Of a DNA stretch of 64,000 nucleotides, positions 30,261 to 39,077 are shown one piece after another (position 1 is the stretch's first letter; the number at the start of each line of letters is the position of its first letter). The position numbers were made by a program, and so were the translations under genes. The DNA comes from an uncultured Christensenellaceae bacterium (GTDB lineage Bacteria > Bacillota > Clostridia > Christensenellales > UBA3700). Under the pieces are notes generated by a model, which did not search any database, was not told the origin of the DNA, and saw nothing but the letters and a program-made list of their open reading frames with translations. The DNA lies in NCBI GenBank assembly GCA_944381365.1, contig CALWKW010000001.1, positions 279,100 to 343,099 of the forward strand. Reading direction: 5' to 3'.

Positions 30261-30314
30261 ACTCTATACTATGCTTTTACTCCTAAAAATTTGCTATTGC
30301 GACAAAATATTGAG

Positions 30315-30360
30315 CATAAAAAAATCGCTTCTTTGATTTTTTTGCTCAAAGAAGCGATTT
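30315..30360 (-). terminator. Intrinsic terminator closing the phage-like operon
   Basis: A 15-bp stem AAATCGCTTCTTTGA/TCAAAGAAGCGATTT followed on the minus strand by TTTTTTT. Confidence 0.85.
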
Positions 30361-30374
30361 TATGTCGTCATAAT

Positions 30375-30716
30375 TCAGACTTTGTCATTATCTGAATTTT
30401 TTTCATACTCTTTGAATGAGACATTTGTATCGTCTTTTGAAAATTCGTCTTTTTCTTCTCTATCTTCAAGAGTGCTATCTATTTTTTGAGTATCACTTAT
30501 ATCCCCCGATTCAGTCGAAACTTCGACATTCTGTTTTGAAGGATTTTTCTTGAGAATACCCGCTACCGTAAGCAAACTCAAAAATGCCATCGTGACTTCG
30601 TTTATATAAGGTATATCCACTCTTATGCTGATTGTCTGCAAAAGTACCATTACGGCACTAGCTACCGATACCCAAAATTCATAACTTTTGAGTTTTTCTT
30701 TGATGTTTTCTTTCAT
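30375..30716 (-). CDS. Holin, phi-LC3/phage_holin_1-like
   Basis: MKENIKEKLKSYEFWVSVASAVMVLLQ...LLTVAGILK has two TM segments followed by an acidic tail. AAAGGAG lies 5 nt upstream of the ATG at 30716, and there is an ATGA overlap with the upstream ORF. Confidence 0.7.
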   Translation of the reverse strand: MKENIKEKLKSYEFWVSVASAVMVLLQTISIRVDIPYINEVTMAFLSLLTVAGILKKNPSKQNVEVSTESGDISDTQKIDSTLEDREEKDEFSKDDTNVSFKEYEKNSDNDKV

Positions 30717-30955
30717 ACACACTCCTTTGTTTTCAACTTTCCTTTGCTGAGAATACTCCTCATTTCATCGTGAATCTTGTCTATATTCTTGTTCATAGTG
30801 TTCATATACGCAAGGTCCTGAGATAAAGCCGATATAGTATTCTGATATTTTACTTCTCTTGCTCTGCTGTCTTTTAATTCGAATATCAACAACACACAAA
30901 ACAACAACGCCCATATTCCGTCATCGACAGCGACTTGTACGAGCTTATCCCACAT
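30713..30955 (-). CDS. BhlA/UviB-family holin-like protein
   Basis: 80 aa. GIWALLFCVLLIFELKDSRAREVKYQNTI closely parallels the BhlA core (GPFAVLFCWLLFYV.K.SKERE.KLY) as I recall it. Confidence 0.7.
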   Translation of the reverse strand: MWDKLVQVAVDDGIWALLFCVLLIFELKDSRAREVKYQNTISALSQDLAYMNTMNKNIDKIHDEMRSILSKGKLKTKECV

Positions 30956-30964
30956 AAGTGCTTT

Positions 30965-31951
30965 TTATTGCGAAAGAATCTCAGAGGCAAGTCTTGTGTG
31001 ATACAATCCAAGATAATCTTTTAAGTCTCTATTGGCATTGAACATAATCTCCGCCACATTTTTGGGCAAAGACATATAAAAATCTCTCGCAAGCTGATAT
31101 CTTGCCTTGTAATTTTCGTCTTTTTCGCCCGTATAACCGTTTTGTTCTTCGAGGTTTTTTATTTCGAGATCATCTTTGATTCTGTTTGCCAACTGCTCTT
31201 CGATTGCCAGCAATCTCTCCTCTTTGTATTTGGCTTCTTTGGCTTTTAAATCGTTGTTGTATTTGTTGATATCGTTGATTTCTTTTTGTCTTGTTTCCAG
31301 CAATTTCTGAATTTCGCTCTCAAGCTCCTGTGCATATTTGAGATTGAGAGAGTCTATGGCGACTTTTTCTTCGTCTTTAAGTCTTTGTATTTCGGCATCA
31401 TAGCCGTTTATGTCTGAAGTCAAATCGTCTTTTATTTTCTGTGCTTCCTGTGCTTTCATTGAGTCCGCATAGTCTTCCTGACCTTGTTTTATAGACGACC
31501 TGTACATACCGTTCTGAACAAGCGAATTTTCGATTTGTTTTTTTATCTCGTCATATTCGCTGTCAAGCTTGTCATACTTTGTCTGACTTTCTGAAAGAGC
31601 ATTGTCCTTTTTTTGTTCGATTGAATCTATCTTTCCTTTGTATTCGGTATTGACTTCTTCTGTTTTGCCGCTCAACAAGTCTTCGTATTTTGAAGTAGTC
31701 TTGTCTTTTATGGTCTGTTCGTCATCGCCCTTGTATTCTTTGTAGACAAACTCTATTTCTTCCGGAAGCACATCTTCAATGTCCTCATATCCTTGACTGG
31801 GGACATAACTTTCCTTAAACTCTTCTTCCATTTTTTTGAGAGCCTCATTGAGTTCGTTTTGTTTGTCTACATAAGGCGAAATATCGGGTTTTTGTTCTTC
31901 ACCCGTAAAAAATTCTTTTACTTTTTGCTTAAAATCACTCCACCAGCTCAT
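30965..31951 (-). CDS. Phage structural protein, long coiled-coil (putative tail needle/plug or internal protein)
   Basis: 328 aa, E/K/D-rich with heptad-like repeats throughout. Strong SD (AAAGGAGAAAG). Function inferred from position only. Confidence 0.55.
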   Translation of the reverse strand: MSWWSDFKQKVKEFFTGEEQKPDISPYVDKQNELNEALKKMEEEFKESYVPSQGYEDIEDVLPEEIEFVYKEYKGDDEQTIKDKTTSKYEDLLSGKTEEVNTEYKGKIDSIEQKKDNALSESQTKYDKLDSEYDEIKKQIENSLVQNGMYRSSIKQGQEDYADSMKAQEAQKIKDDLTSDINGYDAEIQRLKDEEKVAIDSLNLKYAQELESEIQKLLETRQKEINDINKYNNDLKAKEAKYKEERLLAIEEQLANRIKDDLEIKNLEEQNGYTGEKDENYKARYQLARDFYMSLPKNVAEIMFNANRDLKDYLGLYHTRLASEILSQ

Positions 31952-32063
31952 TTTCTTTCTCCTTTATGTTTTTGCCTGAATTGTTTTGTTTCAGGGCTTT
32001 GAAATATTGTCCCAACTTGTATTTTGCAATTTCCTTTGCGATAAGTCTTAATCTTTTTGTCAT
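31935..32063 (-). CDS. Possible small basic ORF (42 aa) filling the only gap in the operon
   Basis: Manual translation gives MTKRLRLIAKEIAKYKLGQYFKALKQNNSGKNIKEKENELVE*. It starts 12 nt after the upstream stop, has a weak SD and is below the ORF-track cutoff. Confidence 0.25.
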   Translation of the reverse strand: MTKRLRLIAKEIAKYKLGQYFKALKQNNSGKNIKEKENELVE

Positions 32064-32075
32064 AAATATAGTTCC

Positions 32076-32459
32076 CTAAAGCGATAATATCGTGCTTTTT
32101 GTCAAAGCTCCCGTGAGTCTTACTCTCGAAGATGCGGTATTTGCCGAAGTCACAAACTCGAGCGTATGATACCCCTTTGGCAAATCTATCTCCTCTGAAG
32201 AAATCATACCTTTTCTTTGTGCTGCTTCTTCTCCGTCAATTCTGATGCTGCAAGTGATTTCTCCCTCTGAAGAATAATCGGGCATACATATAACTTCGCA
32301 TTCGCTTTTTCCGCCTGAAGAATAAACTTTTATGGCAAGTTCGCCTGTTTTTAAGTTTTGTTGCATGACATAATAATAAGTGTTTTTTGAGGACAATATA
32401 TGGTTTTGCAAACTTTCGCTTATCTCGTCAATCATATTTTCCATTCTCTTTATGTTCAT
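32076..32459 (-). CDS. Phage hypothetical protein (127 aa)
   Basis: GGGAGG lies 4 nt upstream of the ATG at 32459, and the ORF is tightly packed in the operon. No motif recognised. Confidence 0.55.
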   Translation of the reverse strand: MNIKRMENMIDEISESLQNHILSSKNTYYYVMQQNLKTGELAIKVYSSGGKSECEVICMPDYSSEGEITCSIRIDGEEAAQRKGMISSEEIDLPKGYHTLEFVTSANTASSRVRLTGALTKSTILSL

Positions 32460-32473
32460 TTTTCCTCCCAAGA

Positions 32474-33916
32474 CTATACCTTGTCGATAAAGTCAACTTC
32501 GAGTTTCGGCGGTCTAATATTTTCAAGATTATTGTCGCTTCTGATATAAAATACAAAACTTTGAGACTTGATATAAATGCTCTTTTTTTTCTCTTTGGGC
32601 GTCAGCAAAAACTCATGTCTTTCTCCGTCTGCGATAATGCCCAAGATATACTCATACGGCGTATTGTATTCGATAGTTCTTATGACTTTTACGCCGTTTG
32701 GCAAATCAAAATCAATCTCATTCGTCTGCCAATACTTTTGCATGGCTTTGCCAAAATAAAGACCGCTGTCATCGAGTTGGGCGACTTTGTCAAAGTCATC
32801 GGAAAGACCTATTACTCTGTTGTAATCGCTCATACTCAAAGTAATCAATCTTGAAAAACTTATGCCTCTTATGAGATTTACGCTTTTGTCGGCAAGGTCG
32901 AATATGAGCAAAATATTGTTGTCGATATCTCTTGTAAAAATGCCGTAATCGCTTGCGGCGGTATTTGTAAAAGACAATATATATTTGTGATGAGCATAAC
33001 ACGCATACACATCGTCAAATCCGCTTTTGAGCAAATCATTCGTCTTTATCGAATATCTCGACACATCGTAGCCGTCAAAAAGATATACTCCGTCTTCGCT
33101 CGCAAAAGCAATGTATTCGCCGCATTCTGTGATTGAAGGGGCAAAAATTCTTCCGCAAGAGGTATATACTTTTTTCATGGAAAATTGATTCTGGTCGGCA
33201 AAAGCCGTAAGTCTGTATATACCGTAGTCGCAGAAAATATACAGATAGTTGATAAAACTTTTTATTACTTTTACATTTCCCAAAGTTCCGTCAAAACCTA
33301 TATATCCGCCTTCATCGATAGATACATTCCAATTAAAAGGGTCAAAGTTGTCGCTAAACCAAAGGCTGTTTCGTTTACCCTTGACCACGGCATAAATTCT
33401 TTCGTTGTGGACACACAAAGCTTCGATTTGACCTTCGTATTGCACATCGCAAAGCTCGCCGTTTTTGAATACTTTTATTCCTTTTTCTCCTGAAAGAATA
33501 AGAAGATCGTCATCGTTGTAAAGATAATTGACGCCGCTTTTAAAAAAGTCTTGGCAATCGAGATGATGCCATTCTGTTTCGCCTATCGTGATATATTCAA
33601 GCCCGTTTTGATAGCTCACCGCAAGCGTGCTTTTTATCTCTCCCCCGACATTCATTTTTGTGGCAAAGAGTCTTTTGTCGCCTTCTATCTTGGGAAGAAC
33701 AGGAAGAATGGTCTCTCCCAATTTGAGCTCGTTTATTCCAAAAGAATTGACGAGTCTTCCGTTTTTAAAGCTGAAATTATATACGCAATCCACATAATCG
33801 CAAGGCAAGTTTGAAGTGAGTTTTGTTTCGTCATAACCTTTGAATCCCGAAAGCATGACCGTCTTACGCTTGGGTTTTGGAAGCGAATATTCTTTGTCGT
33901 AAAATATCATAACCAC
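32474..33916 (-). CDS. Phage structural protein, 480 aa, beta-rich repeat protein (putative tail hub, P22 gp10-position analogue)
   Basis: Recurrent aromatic/Gly beta-strand-like repeats (e.g. YLYIFCDYGIYRL, GEYIAFASEDGVYLFDG). Its position and size match the hub gene of P22-type modules. Inference only. Confidence 0.5.
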   Translation of the reverse strand: MVMIFYDKEYSLPKPKRKTVMLSGFKGYDETKLTSNLPCDYVDCVYNFSFKNGRLVNSFGINELKLGETILPVLPKIEGDKRLFATKMNVGGEIKSTLAVSYQNGLEYITIGETEWHHLDCQDFFKSGVNYLYNDDDLLILSGEKGIKVFKNGELCDVQYEGQIEALCVHNERIYAVVKGKRNSLWFSDNFDPFNWNVSIDEGGYIGFDGTLGNVKVIKSFINYLYIFCDYGIYRLTAFADQNQFSMKKVYTSCGRIFAPSITECGEYIAFASEDGVYLFDGYDVSRYSIKTNDLLKSGFDDVYACYAHHKYILSFTNTAASDYGIFTRDIDNNILLIFDLADKSVNLIRGISFSRLITLSMSDYNRVIGLSDDFDKVAQLDDSGLYFGKAMQKYWQTNEIDFDLPNGVKVIRTIEYNTPYEYILGIIADGERHEFLLTPKEKKKSIYIKSQSFVFYIRSDNNLENIRPPKLEVDFIDKV

Positions 33917-34458
33917 CTTCTCGGCTTGATTCTTATCTCGCCTTTTTTTCTTGTCGCCGTCCTCATGTCTTCTTTGAATCTTTCAGAATACATTACGGAC
34001 TGTTCATACATACCCTCGATGAGGCTGTACTCTGCACATATTCCCAAAGCAAGCGTCTTTGCACTTATGATAGGACTTATAGGACACTGTTCGTCAATCT
34101 CTATGTCCACGGGAAGATAGGTGTATTTTACGAGGGCTTTTTTTATGTCTTTGTTTTCGAGCACGCACTCTGTGGGATTCATTCTGAAATTGGTATAAAT
34201 ACCGTTTTTTACATTTTTGACGGAGAGTATTTCCAGCACTCTGTGAAGCAACTTTTCATAACTTATGTTGCCATTGTCAATCTCTACTTCCTCTGTTTCT
34301 GTGAGAGGGATATAATCTGTCGCTATCTCTTTTATGACAAGATTGGCACATTTGACCAACAATTTGAGTCTGGGGTGCTGTGCCGTTTTGTTGTTGACAG
34401 ATGCGTCCTCATCGCCGAGATATGTAAGAGATAATTGTATAGCTTCTTTTAATTCCAT
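33907..34458 (-). CDS. Phage structural protein, 183 aa (putative head-tail adaptor)
   Basis: Strong SD (AAGGAGAGAAAAATG), downstream of the MCP and overlapping the next gene by 10 nt. Function inferred from position. Confidence 0.5.
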   Translation of the reverse strand: MELKEAIQLSLTYLGDEDASVNNKTAQHPRLKLLVKCANLVIKEIATDYIPLTETEEVEIDNGNISYEKLLHRVLEILSVKNVKNGIYTNFRMNPTECVLENKDIKKALVKYTYLPVDIEIDEQCPISPIISAKTLALGICAEYSLIEGMYEQSVMYSERFKEDMRTATRKKGEIRIKPRRWL

Positions 34459-34477
34459 TTTTCTCTCCTTATGATAA

Positions 34478-34501
34478 AAGGGTGAGTGTCACCTCACCCT
34501 T
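34478..34501 (-). terminator. GC-rich hairpin inside the structural operon (partial terminator/attenuator or RNA stabiliser)
   Basis: AAGGGTGAG-6 nt-CTCACCCTT (9-bp stem) lies in the 49-nt gap after the 104-aa gene. It is followed on the minus strand by only a short T stretch. Confidence 0.45.
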
Positions 34502-34507
34502 ATGGGA

Positions 34508-34822
34508 CTAAAGTCCTATGCCGCTCATTGTCTTTTCAAACAAATTTTTCATATACTCTTGTTCTTGTCGAATATTTTGTTGTTCGATTTCTTTTAATAT
34601 GCGTTCTTTGTTTTTTACTTCGCTCTTCAGCGTATAGTCTACGGCTCTTTTGTCGAGAGTTTTGTATGGAAAAGTGAGCTGATAAGAAGGATGACTTTTT
34701 GTATTGTGAAGCTCATAGCTTTTCGTATCCCCGTTGAAGTATATTTTGTAGTCTGCGTCAATACTCTTTATCCGATTGGCTATGTCAAACAAATCATCTT
34801 TTATCTCTATCAACTTTTCCAT
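34508..34822 (-). CDS. Phage hypothetical protein (104 aa; possible decoration/head-completion protein)
   Basis: Start moved to the internal ATG (MEKLIEIKDDLF...) because the 184-aa version overlaps the MCP gene. Coiled-coil-like C-terminus. Confidence 0.5.
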   Translation of the reverse strand: MEKLIEIKDDLFDIANRIKSIDADYKIYFNGDTKSYELHNTKSHPSYQLTFPYKTLDKRAVDYTLKSEVKNKERILKEIEQQNIRQEQEYMKNLFEKTMSGIGL

Positions 34823-34908
34823 ATTTATCCCTCTTTTTCCGTATGACTCTCTTTTTATACAAATGCAAATGCTTTTAATCGATTGACAAAATTTATCGAC
34901 AAAAAATG

Positions 34909-36081
34909 TTATTGAGCGGTAATACCCGAAAGCTTTGCCTGACCGATAGGCTTGTCGCAAATCATATCGGCATACTTGACGAGTGTAGCACTGTATGTCG
35001 CACTGCCCGCTTTTTGCTTGATTACCTTGCCGTTGTCGCCCTCGAGCCATCTCCAATCGCAAAGCTGATGCAACTTGAAGTCCTGACTGTTGAGCAAATA
35101 CATCGTACCCTTTTCTACAAATCTGTCTGCGATAAGAGGAATACCGTTGTAGGACAAAGCCTTAAAACCTCCGTCAAGATTCATATAGTCGATATTGGTA
35201 CGAGTGAGAGCAAGATAGTCGAGATATGCTCTTCTTACATCATACGAGCATACGATAAAGTCAATCTGACTTCCCGCTACTTCATCGATATAGTCGATTG
35301 CACTCTGAATTTTTGCGGTAGAGATAGCACCCGTATTTGCATAATGTTTGGGCTGCAACCAGCTTCTGCCCTCTCTCGACAAACCGTAAAGCTCCTTGTC
35401 TGAGAATATAGCTCCAAGACCTGTGAGTTCGTTTTCCTTTGAGCCCTGAACCGTAACGGTATCGCCGTCCTGAATGCTCGAAGACACGCTTGCTGCCACG
35501 GTAATTGTATCGTTTACTCTGTCTACTGCGGTAATTCTTACGCCCTTGAGGTCGCTATAAACATTGCCGTTTGATTTTGCATAGACATCGATTACCATAC
35601 CTTCCATGACATTGCGTACGCTGTCCACTTTGATAGTATTTGCTGTCGAGCCTTCGGCAGAACATGTAGCCAATACGCCGCTTCCGTCTCCGTACAACAT
35701 TCTTCCGAGATTGAACTTGGAAGCTTTGAGCAAGCCTTCCATTTCTGCATTGAGAAGGTTTACGAATGCACCGGTATTTGACTGAGATGCTCTGATTGCC
35801 TTGTCTGACAACTCGATAGTACCATAAAGGTTTTTAAGTTCGAGCTTGAATCTGTCATAGTTGTTTGCTGCGGGAACAGGCAATTCGCCGCTTTCTGTAC
35901 CGGCTCCTATACCGCCGTTGATGCCATAGGGTACGAGCTTGATGATTTCCTTACCCCATACATCAGAGGTAGTCTGTTGTATTTTTGCCAAAAGTGGATT
36001 GACGCCTACATTGAGTTGGTCTGCCACTACATTCAAATAGACACTTTTCAGTGCCTTTTCTGCTGTTTCTAATGTTACCAT
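34909..36081 (-). CDS. Phage major capsid protein (HK97-fold type)
   Basis: 390 aa. The N-terminal pattern ...KSVYLNVVADQLNVGVNPLLAKI...GKEIIKLVPYG... and the G-rich E-loop-like region are typical of MCPs. AGGAGG SD, TAATG overlap with the scaffold-like gene, and position after portal and scaffold. Confidence 0.8.
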   Translation of the reverse strand: MVTLETAEKALKSVYLNVVADQLNVGVNPLLAKIQQTTSDVWGKEIIKLVPYGINGGIGAGTESGELPVPAANNYDRFKLELKNLYGTIELSDKAIRASQSNTGAFVNLLNAEMEGLLKASKFNLGRMLYGDGSGVLATCSAEGSTANTIKVDSVRNVMEGMVIDVYAKSNGNVYSDLKGVRITAVDRVNDTITVAASVSSSIQDGDTVTVQGSKENELTGLGAIFSDKELYGLSREGRSWLQPKHYANTGAISTAKIQSAIDYIDEVAGSQIDFIVCSYDVRRAYLDYLALTRTNIDYMNLDGGFKALSYNGIPLIADRFVEKGTMYLLNSQDFKLHQLCDWRWLEGDNGKVIKQKAGSATYSATLVKYADMICDKPIGQAKLSGITAQ

Positions 36082-36716
36082 TATATCCTCCTGTTGTTGA
36101 GCATAGTTGTGATTACTGCCCCCGCCTCTGCTATGCTCTTAGGTCTCGAAGGCGGAGTGAGTGTGATTTGTCCTCTGGAAGTTATGGACTTTGGCGGCAT
36201 AGTCTTTTGCAATCCGTCAAGATATTCATCGACTATGTTTTGTCTGATGCTTTCGTTGGGGTAAATATATTCTTTGATAAAGTTTTCGTCCCCTGCAAGC
36301 TGCTGAGGCGATACATATTGTTTGCACAATACTCTCAACAAAGCGATTTCAAGACAATTATCTTGTCTTTGCAAGGCTTTATCAGAGATTATTTCATTCC
36401 CGATAGCATTGGCAAATTGCTTTGCCAAAGGATAGGTGCTCAAAAAAGCATTGACTTTGTCCTGCCAATCTTCTTTGTCAAATACCGCTTTTTCTTCTTT
36501 TTCAGGAGTGTCTGAAGTTTGCTCCTCTTCATTCTCGGTATTTTCGTCTGTGGTCAAAGGATTTTGTCTTTGCTCTTTGGTATCTTCTTTGATTTCAGTT
36601 TCCAAAGTCTCATTTTCTTCCTGAGAAGGTATATCTAAGGCTTCCTTGATCGTTTCTTCGGAAGCGGGTTGGGCTTGGTTTTGCGTTTGCTGTGTATTTT
36701 TATCTTTCTTTTTCAT
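36081..36716 (-). CDS. Putative scaffolding protein
   Basis: 211 aa with a very acidic low-complexity N-terminus, located between the portal and MCP genes. Positional inference. Confidence 0.5.
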   Translation of the reverse strand: MKKKDKNTQQTQNQAQPASEETIKEALDIPSQEENETLETEIKEDTKEQRQNPLTTDENTENEEEQTSDTPEKEEKAVFDKEDWQDKVNAFLSTYPLAKQFANAIGNEIISDKALQRQDNCLEIALLRVLCKQYVSPQQLAGDENFIKEYIYPNESIRQNIVDEYLDGLQKTMPPKSITSRGQITLTPPSRPKSIAEAGAVITTMLNNRRI

Positions 36717-38574
36717 ATTGCTCCTCTGTCTTTTGCAAACCGTCTGTCATGAGTTTTGCAAGTTTATGCTGTTTGATATGCTCGTCTAGCAAGGCTTTGA
36801 GTTTTTCGTCTTTGAGTTCGAGCAAAGCTTTGAGATGCTCTTCTATGTGCAAATCGTGGTCGTCATAATCCGCTACCTTCAAATCTTTCTTTCCCGTTTC
36901 GAGATTTTCTTTGAGAGCTTTTTTGCGATGACTCTCGTCTACATCTCTGCCCGACTCCCAGTTGCCGAATCCCAAAATCTCAAGTATCTTGACTTTGTTT
37001 CTTGGCGATATCTCTCCGTTTTCGCCATTGAAAATACCCATGCTCACCAAGTCAAGCACCATCTTTCTTCTGTTTTCCAAAGTATCTGTAAGCTCGTTTT
37101 CGTTGTCAAACACAAGGTCATCGCTTCTCAAATCGCTTGCCGTAAAATATGCAAGTTCTACTTCTCCGTTGTCTCCCGAAAATCTCTTTACTCTCTTTGT
37201 CGTGCAATATTGCTTATAAAGTCTCAGCATTTGCTCGCATATATGTTTGACTGCGTTTCTCAACGAATTCGTAGCAATGCTCAATCTCGTATCGTCCTGC
37301 TCGACCAAAAGTCCTATCGCTTTACCTGACAATTGATTGTAGACATTTGAATATTTGCTCAATTCGCTTACGCCCGACATGGTAGTAAACTCTGAGAGTA
37401 TTCTCTCTTCTTCATACTGAAAGTCCGCAGGCACTTGTCCCACTTCCAAAAGTCTGGGCGGAGTCGAGCCTTGTCTGTATATGAGTACTTTTCCTGGGGA
37501 AAGTCCCTCTTCTTCGAGATTGTCGGTATCTATCGAGCCGTCCTCAATAGTCATTACTCCCATGGCAAGTCTGTTCATAAACTCGTGTTTTCTGTTTTTG
37601 ACGGCATTGTATGCTCTTTGCAAAGGTATAAGTCTTTCGATTATGCTCGTGCCGTAAAAACAGCCTATTTTGTCAAGACATATCGTCTTTGTAAAAGGAT
37701 AACCTCTTTGCTCGTTTTCCTGATTTATATACGGCAAATCGCCATAATACACAAGCTGATCTCCAGCTACGATTATGAGTTCGCCATTGGGTTTTTCCGA
37801 TGTGGGACGGCAATATTTTTCTATCACGATACACATATCGTGAGCCACGCTGTCTATCATATTGGGAAAACTTGCGTCATATCCGAGTCCGCCGCCTATC
37901 TGTGCATTGTCGAGAGAAAAGACATTGACATCTTCGCCTTTTACCTCTATGCCCCATATATCCTTTACTTCGTCCACATGATATGCTTTTGCGTGTATAA
38001 TGCTTTGACAATCGTTGATATCCGAAGTAGTAAGGCTGTCGGGAAAAATCTCATAAGGCGGCACGACAGTGACTTCCACATCTCCTTCTTTTACTGCCTT
38101 TTTGTTTTTTGCAAGTCCGATTACTCTTCCCTTGTCTGCCGACCATACCGTTTTGAAAAAACAAGTTCCCGTGACTTCGCTCCAAGTGCTTGCCACATTG
38201 AGCAAAGACGCTATTTTGTTTTCTTCGCAAAGTGCTTTGACAATCTGCGTAGAAAGTTTTGCAGTATGCACATCGCTGTCATCGCTGCTGAAAGGTCTTA
38301 CGCTCACGCCGCATTTGAGTCTGTTGAGTTTTGCAAGACGGGTTTCTACGATTGATGCAATATGGTTGTACACCTCACGCTCTTGCCAGAAATATTGTTT
38401 GCCATACTGTTCGATATCGCCTACGGGAGAAATCTCGGCATATTGATTGCCGTTGTAGAAATTCATATTGAGACGCCACTGAAGCTCGAGAGGTTTTCTT
38501 TCTTCTCTTCTGCGTTGATAATCCTTTCTTACCTCATTGACGATATCTTCTTTGAATTTATCATCTTTTATCAT
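36700..38574 (-). CDS. Phage portal protein
   Basis: 624 aa. The N-terminal LELQWRLNMNFYNGNQY motif is typical of portal proteins. It follows terL. Confidence 0.85.
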   Translation of the reverse strand: MIKDDKFKEDIVNEVRKDYQRRREERKPLELQWRLNMNFYNGNQYAEISPVGDIEQYGKQYFWQEREVYNHIASIVETRLAKLNRLKCGVSVRPFSSDDSDVHTAKLSTQIVKALCEENKIASLLNVASTWSEVTGTCFFKTVWSADKGRVIGLAKNKKAVKEGDVEVTVVPPYEIFPDSLTTSDINDCQSIIHAKAYHVDEVKDIWGIEVKGEDVNVFSLDNAQIGGGLGYDASFPNMIDSVAHDMCIVIEKYCRPTSEKPNGELIIVAGDQLVYYGDLPYINQENEQRGYPFTKTICLDKIGCFYGTSIIERLIPLQRAYNAVKNRKHEFMNRLAMGVMTIEDGSIDTDNLEEEGLSPGKVLIYRQGSTPPRLLEVGQVPADFQYEEERILSEFTTMSGVSELSKYSNVYNQLSGKAIGLLVEQDDTRLSIATNSLRNAVKHICEQMLRLYKQYCTTKRVKRFSGDNGEVELAYFTASDLRSDDLVFDNENELTDTLENRRKMVLDLVSMGIFNGENGEISPRNKVKILEILGFGNWESGRDVDESHRKKALKENLETGKKDLKVADYDDHDLHIEEHLKALLELKDEKLKALLDEHIKQHKLAKLMTDGLQKTEEQYEKER

Positions 38575-38789
38575 TGTTCGCCTCTTCCTTTGTTTCTCAT
38601 ATAAATATTCTTGGGGCTTTTGGGTACAAGGATTTTTGAGGTAGCGTCATAAAGATTTTGCATACAATCCTTGCAGAGATTGATATATCGGCTTTTGTCC
38701 ACGCCGTCAGGTACGACAGAATAATCTGCCATATTGGTGCAAACGCCCATATCGCATTTAAGTTTGTTTGTCTGAATTACTATCTTCAT
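38571..38789 (-). CDS. Small Cys-rich phage protein (72 aa, possible zinc ribbon)
   Basis: AAGGAG lies 6 nt upstream of the ATG at 38789. Cys pairs CDMGVC and CKDC. ATGA overlap with the portal gene. Confidence 0.5.
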   Translation of the reverse strand: MKIVIQTNKLKCDMGVCTNMADYSVVPDGVDKSRYINLCKDCMQNLYDATSKILVPKSPKNIYMRNKGRGEQ

Positions 38790-39057
38790 TTTTCTCTCCT
38801 TTTGTCATATCGTTTAGCTGAGAAATCAGCCTGAATTTTAGTTGTTCGAGCTGTTCATCGCTCAAGGCGGTAATATCATCGGTCTTGTCGATACCGAGTT
38901 CGACCATAGTTTTGACGGCGGTCATATCGGGAGGATAATGTTTGAGACTGACTTTTCTTTTCAAAAGTTCGTTGTCGCCCGAATATTCCTCTACTATTTC
39001 CTGAATATCATAGCCGACCGCCTTGCGATAAACGGCCTTTTCTATTTCTTCATTCAC
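38758..39057 (-). CDS. Small phage protein (99 aa), possible terminase small-subunit-like/DNA-recognition protein
   Basis: GTG start with GGGAGG 5 nt upstream. The KHYPPDMTAVK segment resembles the PPD motif I recall in some TerS proteins. Weak evidence. Confidence 0.4.
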   Translation of the reverse strand: MNEEIEKAVYRKAVGYDIQEIVEEYSGDNELLKRKVSLKHYPPDMTAVKTMVELGIDKTDDITALSDEQLEQLKFRLISQLNDMTKGEKNEDSNSDKQT

Positions 39058-39077
39058 TTTTTCCTCCCTTGAGAGAG

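Noticed and set aside
34823-35062. An 80-codon N-terminal extension of the 34508-35062 ORF, overlapping the 3' end of the capsid gene.
   Set aside because: The extension overlaps the MCP gene by about 150 nt and is Arg/Gln/Cys-rich nonsense-like sequence. The internal ATG at 34822 (MEKLIEIK...) fits the compact operon layout.
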